From contig CAZRFE010000004.1 in assembly GCA_964599565.1 (NCBI GenBank), positions 3,680 through 67,679 of the forward strand: 64,000 bases of DNA, written 5' to 3'. This DNA comes from an uncultured Gammaproteobacteria bacterium. Its GTDB lineage: Bacteria > Pseudomonadota > Gammaproteobacteria > Natronospirales > JAJUFS01. How positions within the stretch are numbered: position 1 is the first letter of the stretch; each line of letters begins with the position of its first letter. This document shows, in pieces, positions 19,841 to 29,600 of the stretch. Made by a program: the position numbers and the translations under genes. The notes under the pieces are model-generated. The model was not told the origin of the DNA. It searched no databases and saw nothing but the letters and a program-made list of their open reading frames with translations.

Positions 19841-22800
19841 CTATCCGCTCCTGCCGAGCAGCGCGTTCACCATGGTCCGCCACGACAAACCGCTGCTGCG
19901 CGGTTTTGCATCCGCCGCGACACTGCCCGCCTCCTCCACCTGGCGATCGCAGGTTGCGGCGATCTCGCCGAGCGAATTGAGCACGAGCAGTCGCGGCCGT
20001 ATGGTGCAGCCGAGCTCCGTTGCAATGCGCGCGACGACTTTCATCGAGGAGAGCGAGTGTCCGCCGAGGTCGAAGAAGTTGTCGTTGCGGCTGACGGTAT
20101 CGATGCCGAGGATGTCCTGCCAGATGGCGGCGATGCGCCGCTCGGTGTCCGTCTGCGGCGGGACGTGCGCGCTGCGCGGCGCGGCGGTGGGTGACGGCAA
20201 TGCGGCGCGGTTGATCTTGCCGCTCGCGGTGAGCGGCATGGCATCGAGCGCGACGAAGTGCTGCGGGATCATGTACGCGGGCAGCTGCGCGCGAAGATGC
20301 GATTTCAGTTCATCGATGCTCGCGCGCTTGCCGGCATGCAGCGTGAGGTACGCGATGAGCCGCTGGTCGTCGGCGGCGTCGAACGTGCGCACGATGACGA
20401 CGGCGCGCGCGACGGCAGGATGCGCTTCGAGCAGCGCTTCGATCTCGCCAGGCTCGATGCGGTGCCCGCGCAGCTTGATCTGGAAGTCGACGCGGCCGAG
20501 GTATTCGAGTGCGCCGTTCGCGTTGAACCGCACGCGGTCGCCGGTGCGGTAGAGCCGTGCATTCGCCTTGCCGCTGAACGGATCCGCAACGAAGCGTTCG
20601 CGCGTGAGATCCGCGCGGTTGAGATAGCCGAGCGTCACGCCATCGCCGCCGATGTAAAGCTCGCCGGGCACGCCGGGCGGTGTCGGCTGGCCGGACGCAT
20701 CGAGCACGTACACCTGCGTGTTCGCGATCGGGCGGCCGATCGGCACGGGATCGTCGTCGATGCCAAGGGCGTGCGCGGTGGACCACACCGTCGTTTCCGT
20801 CGGGCCGTAGAGGTTCCAGGCGTGTTCCGTGCACGCGATGAGTTCGCGCGCGAGCGGCGCCGGCAGTGCTTCGCCGCCGCTGATCGCGCACAGTTCCGCG
20901 TCGCCCTTCCAGCCGGCGGCGAGCAGCATCTGCCAGGTCGCGGGCGTGGCCTGCATGACGGTCGGCGGCTGGTGCGTGATCCATTCGCACAATGCCGTTC
21001 CGTCCTGCGCGATGTCGCGCGGCACGATGTCCGCATGCGCGCCGATGCAAAGCGGCAGCCACAGCTCGAGCACGGCAATGTCGAACGTGAGCGTGGTGAT
21101 CGCGAGGAAGCGGTCGTTCGAGGTGACGTCGAGCGTTGCCTGCATCGCGCGCAGGAAGTTCGCGACTGCACCGTGCGGCACGATCACGCCTTTCGGCTTG
21201 CCCGTCGATCCCGAGGTGTAGATCACGTACGCGGGATCGTCGGGCGTGTGCGTGATGTGGTTCGGCGAACGCGTCGTGACGCTCGCGTCGGCGGCCGGGT
21301 GCCGGGTCGCCGGCGCGGTCTCCCATTGCCCTTCGGCCGACCGGTCCTGCTGCCGCTCGCGCGACAGCAATGACGCGAGATCAACGGCGCGCCCGCCGAA
21401 GTCGGACAGCGCGTCGTGTTCCGTACCGCGCAGGTTCGTGATGACGGTGCCGGCGTTCGCATCGTCGAGCATCCACTGCAGGCGATCCACCGGTGCATCG
21501 GGATCGAGCGGCAGGTAGGCCGCACCGGCGCGCAGGACGCCGAGCAGTACCGCGGGCAGATCGATGTTTCGCGCAAGCAGCACGCCGACGATGTCGCCGC
21601 GTGCGACACCGCGCGCTGTAAGTGCCGCTGCCACTGCACCCGCCCGGCGTCCGAGCGCGCCGTAATCCATCTGCTCGCCCTGGCTTGAGATGGCAAGCGC
21701 GGAGGGCATCGCTGCAATCTGTTCATCGATCAGCGCATCCACCGTCGTTGCCGGCCAGTCATGTTCCGCACCGCGGGTCCATGCCGACAGCTGCTCGCCA
21801 TCGTGCGCGGACAGCAGCGGTAGCGTGCTGATCGGCTGCGTGGCGTCTTCCGTCACGGCGGCGAGCACGCGCTCGAAGGTCTTCAGCATGCGCGTTGCGG
21901 TGGAGGCCGCGAACAGGTCGGTGCTGTATTCCATGTCGATGTTCATGCCGTCATCGCTTTCGCGGCACCAGAAGGCGATATCCGTCTGCGCGGTGCTGCG
22001 CGGCGGCGTGAGCGGTTCGAACGCGAGGTTGCCGGCGACGAGGCTTTCCTCGGCATCCGGCACCAGTGTCACGAGCGCCTGGAAGATCGGCGTGCGCTGC
22101 GTGTCGCGCGGCGGCTGCACGGCATCGATCACGCGGCTGAACGGCAGCGACTGGTTGTCGAGCGCTTCAAGGCAACGGTCGCGCACCTGCCGGACGAGAT
22201 CGCTGAACGGCGCACTGCGCTCGATATGCATGCGCAGCGCGACGGGATTCATGAGCAGGCCGACGACGCCGTCGCGGTCTGCCTCGTCGCGGTTCGCCAT
22301 CGGCATGCCGAGCACGATCTCGTTCTGCCCGCCGAGGCCGGACAACGTGGCCGCGATGGTCGCCGTCAGCAGCATGAAGCCGGATGCGCGCATGTCGCGC
22401 GCCGCCGCTTCGAGCGTTGCGAGCGTCTCGCGCGGGATGTGCAGGCGAAGCACGTCGCCCTTCCCGCTCGGGAATTCGGGGCGCTCGAAATCCGCGGGAA
22501 GTTCAAGCACGGGCAGCGTGCCGGAGAGTCGGTTCTTCCAGTACGAAAGCTGTCTCTGCGCGGTGCGGCTTTCCAGCTGCTGCGCTTCCCGGCGCTGGAT
22601 GTCCGTGTACTGCGCATGCAGCGCCTGCAGCCTTGGCGCGCGCTGCTCGACGTGCGCGGCGTAGAGTTCCACGAGTTCGCGCTTCAGGATCGCCATCGAG
22701 GTGCCGTCCGCGATGATGTGATCGACGACGAACAGCAGCACATGATCGTCGGGCGCGAGCCGGAACAGCCGGCAGCGGTACAGCGGCGCGTGCATGGCGC

Positions 22801-23347
22801 CGAAGGGTTTTTCCAGCGCGGCTGCGAGCATCGCATGCAGCGCGTTTTCATCGCCGCCGGGAACGGTTTCCGGTTCAAGGTGCGTTTCGCCGACCGATGC
22901 GATGCGCTGCACGGGAGCGGCGTCATGCTCGACGATGACGGTGCGCAGCGCGGCATGGCGCTGCAGGAGATCGTGCAGTGCGGATTCCAGCGCGCGGACA
23001 TCGAGTGCGCCGTGCATGCGAAGCGTGATCTCAAGGTTGAACACGCCGCGCTCGGGCTGCTCGCTTTCGAGATACCACATGGATTGCTGCATCTCGGACA
23101 ACGCGTGCAGGCCGGCAGGCAGATCGCCGAACACCGGGGCTTCGGCGCCGGCGTCATCCAGCGTGGCGTCTTCGCGCAACGCTTCCAGTATCTCCTGCTT
23201 CTGTGCGCGCAGCTCCGCCTGGAGCGTTTCATCGATCACGCCGCGCGGCGCGGTGAGTACAAGACGGTCGTTCTGCTCGCGCAGGTCCACGCCGCGGCGG
23301 CGCAGTTCCCGGACCAGTTCGCGCGCGTTCATGTGCTGTCCGTTCAT
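19841..23347 (-). CDS. NRPS module (here NRPS3): N-terminal TubC-like docking domain - C - A(Gly-like) - T; no release domain
   Basis: 1168 aa. ELVRELRRRGVDLREQNDRLVLTAPRGVI (docking), VVDHIIADGTS (C3), YTSGSTGKPKG, NLYGPTE, GELYIGG, FFDLGGHSL. ATGA overlap with the upstream gene at 23344-23347. Confidence 0.95.
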   Translation of the reverse strand: MNGQHMNARELVRELRRRGVDLREQNDRLVLTAPRGVIDETLQAELRAQKQEILEALREDATLDDAGAEAPVFGDLPAGLHALSEMQQSMWYLESEQPERGVFNLEITLRMHGALDVRALESALHDLLQRHAALRTVIVEHDAAPVQRIASVGETHLEPETVPGGDENALHAMLAAALEKPFGAMHAPLYRCRLFRLAPDDHVLLFVVDHIIADGTSMAILKRELVELYAAHVEQRAPRLQALHAQYTDIQRREAQQLESRTAQRQLSYWKNRLSGTLPVLELPADFERPEFPSGKGDVLRLHIPRETLATLEAAARDMRASGFMLLTATIAATLSGLGGQNEIVLGMPMANRDEADRDGVVGLLMNPVALRMHIERSAPFSDLVRQVRDRCLEALDNQSLPFSRVIDAVQPPRDTQRTPIFQALVTLVPDAEESLVAGNLAFEPLTPPRSTAQTDIAFWCRESDDGMNIDMEYSTDLFAASTATRMLKTFERVLAAVTEDATQPISTLPLLSAHDGEQLSAWTRGAEHDWPATTVDALIDEQIAAMPSALAISSQGEQMDYGALGRRAGAVAAALTARGVARGDIVGVLLARNIDLPAVLLGVLRAGAAYLPLDPDAPVDRLQWMLDDANAGTVITNLRGTEHDALSDFGGRAVDLASLLSRERQQDRSAEGQWETAPATRHPAADASVTTRSPNHITHTPDDPAYVIYTSGSTGKPKGVIVPHGAVANFLRAMQATLDVTSNDRFLAITTLTFDIAVLELWLPLCIGAHADIVPRDIAQDGTALCEWITHQPPTVMQATPATWQMLLAAGWKGDAELCAISGGEALPAPLARELIACTEHAWNLYGPTETTVWSTAHALGIDDDPVPIGRPIANTQVYVLDASGQPTPPGVPGELYIGGDGVTLGYLNRADLTRERFVADPFSGKANARLYRTGDRVRFNANGALEYLGRVDFQIKLRGHRIEPGEIEALLEAHPAVARAVVIVRTFDAADDQRLIAYLTLHAGKRASIDELKSHLRAQLPAYMIPQHFVALDAMPLTASGKINRAALPSPTAAPRSAHVPPQTDTERRIAAIWQDILGIDTVSRNDNFFDLGGHSLSSMKVVARIATELGCTIRPRLLVLNSLGEIAATCDRQVEEAGSVAADAKPRSSGLSWRTMVNALLGRSG
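20052..21835. repeat. direct repeat copy 1 (1784 bp, apparently 100% identical to 23501..25284)
   Basis: All six-frame ORFs in this span recur identically at an offset of +3449 (e.g. 20258..21373 = 23707..24822; 20310..21326 = 23759..24775). Boundaries were read directly from the sequence. Confidence 0.92.
23168..23335 (-). other. NRPS3 N-terminal TubC_N-type (beta-hairpin) docking domain, approximate
   Basis: ARELVRELRRRGVDLREQNDRLVLTAPRGVIDETLQAELRAQKQEILEAL matches the L..L...GV.L....D.L...AP.G.L...L...K..L pattern. Confidence 0.6.
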
Positions 23348-26300
23348 AGCTCGACGATCTCCTGCATGTCATGGTTGCCGGCGATGCGCGCATCGACATC
23401 TTCCGCGAGATCGATCAGCGCCGGTGTTTCGAAGAGGGTCGCGATGGGCAGCGCGCAGCCGAGCTGCTCGCGCAGCACGGTCACGAAGCGCGCGGCGAGC
23501 AGCGAGTGTCCGCCGAGGTCGAAGAAGTTGTCGTTGCGGCTGACGGTATCGATGCCGAGGATGTCCTGCCAGATGGCGGCGATGCGCCGCTCGGTGTCCG
23601 TCTGCGGCGGGACGTGCGCGCTGCGCGGCGCGGCGGTGGGTGACGGCAATGCGGCGCGGTTGATCTTGCCGCTCGCGGTGAGCGGCATGGCATCGAGCGC
23701 GACGAAGTGCTGCGGGATCATGTACGCGGGCAGCTGCGCGCGAAGATGCGATTTCAGTTCATCGATGCTCGCGCGCTTGCCGGCATGCAGCGTGAGGTAC
23801 GCGATGAGCCGCTGGTCGTCGGCGGCGTCGAACGTGCGCACGATGACGACGGCGCGCGCGACGGCAGGATGCGCTTCGAGCAGCGCTTCGATCTCGCCAG
23901 GCTCGATGCGGTGCCCGCGCAGCTTGATCTGGAAGTCGACGCGGCCGAGGTATTCGAGTGCGCCGTTCGCGTTGAACCGCACGCGGTCGCCGGTGCGGTA
24001 GAGCCGTGCATTCGCCTTGCCGCTGAACGGATCCGCAACGAAGCGTTCGCGCGTGAGATCCGCGCGGTTGAGATAGCCGAGCGTCACGCCATCGCCGCCG
24101 ATGTAAAGCTCGCCGGGCACGCCGGGCGGTGTCGGCTGGCCGGACGCATCGAGCACGTACACCTGCGTGTTCGCGATCGGGCGGCCGATCGGCACGGGAT
24201 CGTCGTCGATGCCAAGGGCGTGCGCGGTGGACCACACCGTCGTTTCCGTCGGGCCGTAGAGGTTCCAGGCGTGTTCCGTGCACGCGATGAGTTCGCGCGC
24301 GAGCGGCGCCGGCAGTGCTTCGCCGCCGCTGATCGCGCACAGTTCCGCGTCGCCCTTCCAGCCGGCGGCGAGCAGCATCTGCCAGGTCGCGGGCGTGGCC
24401 TGCATGACGGTCGGCGGCTGGTGCGTGATCCATTCGCACAATGCCGTTCCGTCCTGCGCGATGTCGCGCGGCACGATGTCCGCATGCGCGCCGATGCAAA
24501 GCGGCAGCCACAGCTCGAGCACGGCAATGTCGAACGTGAGCGTGGTGATCGCGAGGAAGCGGTCGTTCGAGGTGACGTCGAGCGTTGCCTGCATCGCGCG
24601 CAGGAAGTTCGCGACTGCACCGTGCGGCACGATCACGCCTTTCGGCTTGCCCGTCGATCCCGAGGTGTAGATCACGTACGCGGGATCGTCGGGCGTGTGC
24701 GTGATGTGGTTCGGCGAACGCGTCGTGACGCTCGCGTCGGCGGCCGGGTGCCGGGTCGCCGGCGCGGTCTCCCATTGCCCTTCGGCCGACCGGTCCTGCT
24801 GCCGCTCGCGCGACAGCAATGACGCGAGATCAACGGCGCGCCCGCCGAAGTCGGACAGCGCGTCGTGTTCCGTACCGCGCAGGTTCGTGATGACGGTGCC
24901 GGCGTTCGCATCGTCGAGCATCCACTGCAGGCGATCCACCGGTGCATCGGGATCGAGCGGCAGGTAGGCCGCACCGGCGCGCAGGACGCCGAGCAGTACC
25001 GCGGGCAGATCGATGTTTCGCGCAAGCAGCACGCCGACGATGTCGCCGCGTGCGACACCGCGCGCTGTAAGTGCCGCTGCCACTGCACCCGCCCGGCGTC
25101 CGAGCGCGCCGTAATCCATCTGCTCGCCCTGGCTTGAGATGGCAAGCGCGGAGGGCATCGCTGCAATCTGTTCATCGATCAGCGCATCCACCGTCGTTGC
25201 CGGCCAGTCATGTTCCGCACCGCGGGTCCATGCCGACAGCTGCTCGCCATCGTGCGCGGACAGCAGCGGTAGCGTGCTGATCGGTGCGTCGTTTCCTGCA
25301 AGGCGCGCCATGAACTGTTCGAGTTCGCGAAACCGCCGCTGCATGCCTTGCGGCGTGAACAGGCTCGCGTCGTACGTGCATTCGAAGAGCACGCCGTCCT
25401 TGCCATCGACGGCATTGATGAACATCTCGAAGTTCTCGAACCGGCGCGGCGTGTTCTCGATGCGCGCGCGCAGGCCATGGAACCCGGGCACGTCATTGCG
25501 GTGATCGATGTTGAGAATCACCTGCACGAGCGGCACGATCGCGGGATCGCGCGGCACGCGCAGCGCATGCACGATGCGTCCCATCGAGCAGTCGCGGTGC
25601 TCCCATGCATCCGACATCGTTTCGCCGATGTGATCGAGATGCGCATCGAAACCTGCATCCGGCGCAAGCCGGCTGCGCAACGGAAGCAGGCTGACGCAAT
25701 GGCCGACGAGACCTTCGAGACCCTCCTCGACCTGCCCTGCCGCCGGCACGCCGAGAATGAGATCGTCCTGCCCTGTCAGCCGGTGCAGGTAGGCGGCGAC
25801 GGCCGCGGCGATCACGGTGAAACCTGTCACGCCGCGCTTCATGCCGCGCGCACGAAGCTTCTGCATGACTTCCGCGGGAATGCGATGGCGAAGATAGTGC
25901 GCGGGAAATGCGCGACGGCCGGGACGCGGGAAATCCTTCGGCAGTTCGAGATTCGATGGCGCATCGGCGAGCGCGCGCTGCCACGCAGCTTCCTGGTCGC
26001 GGCGCGTATCCGCATCCACCTCCGCCTGGCGCTCCGCATACGCCGCGAACGATGGCGCGGGTTCCGAATCGTCCGCTTCACCGCGCACCGCGGCGCTGTA
26101 GAGCTGCGCGAGTTCATCGAACAGCACGCTGAACGACCAGCCATCGCAGACGGTGTGATGCGCGGTGAGCAGCACGGCATGGCTGTAGTCGTCGATGTGA
26201 ACGATGCGGCAGCGAAACAGCGGACCGTTGATGAGGTCGAACGGCGCGGTCACCTCATGCGCGCGCAATGCATCCAGCGTCGTGTCGCTGTGGCGAAGAT

Positions 26301-26628
26301 CCACGGGCGTGACATCAAGCGCGATCTCGCGCGCGATGCACAGCGCCTGCCCGTCCGGGCCGAATGTCGCGCGCAGCGCGTCGTGCCGCTGTGCAAGCCT
26401 GGATAGCGCGTGCGCCATGGCGCCGATATCGAGATGGCCGTGCAGTTCAAGGCAGCGGGATTCGTTGTACGCGCACGATGCCTCGGGGCTGAGCGATGCG
26501 GCCGCCCAGATCTCCCGCTGCGGTTCCGTGGCGGGCACGCTCGCCAGCAGGTCGGCGGCGAACGGGTTGAAGTCGACGGGCGCCGACTCCTTATATATAT
26601 GTTCAAGACTCCTGTCGGCAGGATTCAT
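23344..26628 (-). CDS. NRPS module (here NRPS2): C - A(Gly-like) - T
   Basis: 1094 aa. The N-terminus VDFNPFA...VPATEPQREIW is a C-domain type seen after PKS/aminotransferase modules. AHHTVCDGWS (C3). A-T identical to NRPS3. RBS GAGGGAG upstream of ATG 26628. Confidence 0.95.
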   Translation of the reverse strand: MNPADRSLEHIYKESAPVDFNPFAADLLASVPATEPQREIWAAASLSPEASCAYNESRCLELHGHLDIGAMAHALSRLAQRHDALRATFGPDGQALCIAREIALDVTPVDLRHSDTTLDALRAHEVTAPFDLINGPLFRCRIVHIDDYSHAVLLTAHHTVCDGWSFSVLFDELAQLYSAAVRGEADDSEPAPSFAAYAERQAEVDADTRRDQEAAWQRALADAPSNLELPKDFPRPGRRAFPAHYLRHRIPAEVMQKLRARGMKRGVTGFTVIAAAVAAYLHRLTGQDDLILGVPAAGQVEEGLEGLVGHCVSLLPLRSRLAPDAGFDAHLDHIGETMSDAWEHRDCSMGRIVHALRVPRDPAIVPLVQVILNIDHRNDVPGFHGLRARIENTPRRFENFEMFINAVDGKDGVLFECTYDASLFTPQGMQRRFRELEQFMARLAGNDAPISTLPLLSAHDGEQLSAWTRGAEHDWPATTVDALIDEQIAAMPSALAISSQGEQMDYGALGRRAGAVAAALTARGVARGDIVGVLLARNIDLPAVLLGVLRAGAAYLPLDPDAPVDRLQWMLDDANAGTVITNLRGTEHDALSDFGGRAVDLASLLSRERQQDRSAEGQWETAPATRHPAADASVTTRSPNHITHTPDDPAYVIYTSGSTGKPKGVIVPHGAVANFLRAMQATLDVTSNDRFLAITTLTFDIAVLELWLPLCIGAHADIVPRDIAQDGTALCEWITHQPPTVMQATPATWQMLLAAGWKGDAELCAISGGEALPAPLARELIACTEHAWNLYGPTETTVWSTAHALGIDDDPVPIGRPIANTQVYVLDASGQPTPPGVPGELYIGGDGVTLGYLNRADLTRERFVADPFSGKANARLYRTGDRVRFNANGALEYLGRVDFQIKLRGHRIEPGEIEALLEAHPAVARAVVIVRTFDAADDQRLIAYLTLHAGKRASIDELKSHLRAQLPAYMIPQHFVALDAMPLTASGKINRAALPSPTAAPRSAHVPPQTDTERRIAAIWQDILGIDTVSRNDNFFDLGGHSLLAARFVTVLREQLGCALPIATLFETPALIDLAEDVDARIAGNHDMQEIVEL
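23501..25284. repeat. direct repeat copy 2 (1784 bp)
   Basis: See copy 1. Encodes PISTLPLL...FFDLGGHS, the complete A domain plus the T domain up to the Ppant serine, in both NRPS genes. Confidence 0.92.
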
Positions 26629-26639
26629 TGTGTTCTCCC

Positions 26640-29600
26640 TCAGTTTGCGCGGCTTTCGCCGACGCCAAGCTCCCGGTAGCGGCCCGGACGATCAGGATCC
26701 GGCACGAACCAGCCGGGTTGCCCGTCGGGCCGCCGGCCAAGGCGCGCACCCGGCGCAGGCGGCGCGCCCATCGTGGCGCCCGCCGGTGTTCTCGCCTTCG
26801 CGGGCTTCTCTTGCGCAACCGCCTGCGCTGCATCCGGAAAGAAACCGGCCGCGTGCATCTCGGCGAGCGCTTCCTGGAATACCTTGCTCACCTGCGCGAG
26901 ATCCGCATCGCTGTGCGCGGTGGTCAGGAAACACGGCTCGCCTTCGATCACGTGAACGCCGCCCGCGCGAAGCCTGGCTTCGAGAAGCCCGCGGCACGGC
27001 AGGCGCGCATCGACATCGATGAAGAACCATGACGAGAAACTGCGGATATCGACGGGCGCGTTGACGGCCTTCGCGTGCTGTTCCAGCTCGCATGCAAGTC
27101 TCGCGGTGCGCTCGTTCAACGTGCGCTGCAGCGACGGGCCGGATTCGCGAAGCTGCGCGAGCGTTGCTTCCGCCGCGGCGAGCGCGAGCGAATGCTGCGA
27201 GCCTGATGACGCATCGGCGCTGCACATCGCGTTCGCATCGCCCGCGAGCACGCCGAGCGGCATGCCACCGCCGACGGTCGCGCCATAGCATGAAAGATCC
27301 GCGCGCGTCCCGCAGATGCCGGGCGCGCCCGCGGGATGGACACGAAAGCCGCAGGCGATTTCATCGAACACCAGCAACGCGCCGCATTCGCGCGTTGCCG
27401 CGCGCAGCGCGGCGATGAAATCCGGCGCATAGCGTTCCGGGTGCAGGCTCTGCACGGGCTCGACGAGAACGGCCGCGAGCGTTTCGCGAAGTTCACGAAC
27501 GCGTTGCAGGGCGCGTTCGCTGCCGTAATCGAGAACCTCGATGCCGTCATCCGCTTCCCCATGCCCCCAAATGCGCGCGGACTCATCCGCAAACGTCACA
27601 ACCTTTCGCCGCTGCGTGACCGTGCGGGCGGCGTCGATCGCCGCGTGCAGCGCTTCCGTTCCGGTGGCATGGAAACTGACACGCTCGAAACCGGTCAGCG
27701 CCTGCACGAGGCGCGCAACGCGTCCGGCCAGCGGTGTCTGCAGCCCCGCCTCCGCGCCGCGCTTCATCTGCTGTCGCACAGCGTCGTTGATTGCGGGATT
27801 CGCATGACCGAGCAGGATCGCGCCGTGCGCGTTGACGAGGTCGATGTATCCGTTGCCGTCGATGTCCTGGATTCTCGAACCGGACGAGGATTCGATGACG
27901 ATCGGGTAGGCAATATCCGCGAGCATTGCATCGCCCGGTGCAGGCGCAATGCCGGCGAGATGCGCACGATGCGTGCGCGCAAACGCGCGCGAGCCGGATG
28001 TCCGCCAGGCATGGCGCCGGACGACATCGCGCACGTAATCCTTTCCTGCCGCGGAAAGTTCCTGTGCAGGCGCGCTGCGTGCATCCGTGACGGCACGCGG
28101 GGTGCTTGCAGATGCGTTCCGTGAAATTTCCTCATCCAGCAGCGCCGCGATCGCCGCGAGCGTGTTGTGTTCCACGAGCAGCTGCCGGAAGCGAAGATCA
28201 AGCCCGAAGCGCTTCTTCAGCGCCTGGCTGAACTGCGTCAGGAACAGCGAATCGAGCCCGAGCTGCGCAAACGGCACGGCGTGCATGGCAGGTCCGGTCT
28301 CGAGCCCGGAGACATCCGCAAGGAGTTCACCGAGTTGCTCGATCATCGGGCGTTCATCGACGCGCGCAACCTGCGGCGCGCTTTGCGGGCTGGCAGGTCC
28401 TGGTGATGCATCCGTTCGTGATGCCGCGGTGAGGGGAACGTCGCTCGCCGGCCGGCTGTCGAGCCAGTGGCGCGTGCGTTCGAACCGGTACGTGGGCGCG
28501 GGAACGCGACGCCGCGCGTTGTCATGCAGCGCCGTCCAGTCGATGGAAACGCCGTTCGTCCAGAGTCGTCCCGCGGCATCGAGCATCGCCACGCGCTCGT
28601 CGCTTCCTTCACGGTGCCTGCCGAGCGACGCGATGACCTGTACATCCGCGTCATCCGCGAAGGTCTGCGCGGCAAATGTCGACGCCGCCGTTCCAGGACC
28701 GCACTCGACGAATACAACATGTTCGCGGGATTCGCCCCGCGCCGACTGCAGCGCCTGCATGAAGCGCACGGGCTCGCGCAACTGGCGCGACCAGTACGCG
28801 GGATCCGTCGCCTGCGCCGCATCGAGCGGCGCACCGGTGACGGTCGAGACGATGTCGATGGCGGGCGGTGAAAGCGCGAGCTTGCCGACCGTTGTCTCGA
28901 ACGCCGCTGCAACGGGATCCATCATCGCGGAATGAAACGCGTGCGAGGTGCGCAGCGTGCTGCATGCCAAGCCGGCCTTCTCGAGACGCGACTTCGTGCG
29001 TGCGATCGCGGCATCGTCTCCCGACAGCACGCAGAAGCCCGGCGCATTCAGCGCCGCGATGGCAACGTCATCCGCAAGATGTTCGCGAACCGCGTCTTCC
29101 GCGGCGCGCACCGAAAGCATGGAGCCCGGCGGCTGCTCCTGCATCAGGCGTGCGCGTTCCGCGACCAGGCGTACGGCATCCTCGATACGGAATATTCCCG
29201 CGAGCGTTGCGGCGACGAACTCGCCGATGCTGTGGCCGACGAGCGCATCCGGCCTGACGCCGCGCTGCATCCACAGCCTTGCGATCGCATACTCGGCTGC
29301 GAACAGCGCGGGCTGCGTGTAGCGGGTTTCATCCAGCAGTTCCGTTGCGTTGTCCGTGCTGCCGAACATGATCTCGCGCAGGTCGAAATCGAGATCGTCC
29401 GCGAGCGCATCCGCGCAGCGATCGATGATGTCGCGTACCAGCGGTTCGGCGCGATAAAGCGGCTCGCACATGCCGGGACGCTGCGAACCCTGCCCGGGAA
29501 ACAGGAACACCACCCGAGGCCGTTCCTTTGCATTGCCCGTTCGCATGCGCGCGCCGCTGTTCCCTTTCAGGAGCGCTGCGGCTTCCGCGCGCGAACCCGC

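Noticed and set aside
19654-19980. A plus-strand ORF with a strong SD-like AAGGAG 5 nt before its ATG, in the spacer after the NRPS.
   Set aside because: More than half of it is antisense to the NRPS3 3' end. The translation is Arg/Pro/Ser-rich with no recognisable fold, so the SD-like sequence is probably coincidental. I cannot exclude a very short peptide.
20052-25284. Whether the 1784-bp repeats are a mobile element, IS pair or CRISPR-like array.
   Set aside because: The repeats are entirely in-frame NRPS A-T coding sequence. There are only two direct copies, with no transposase, no terminal inverted repeats and no short spacer-repeat periodicity.
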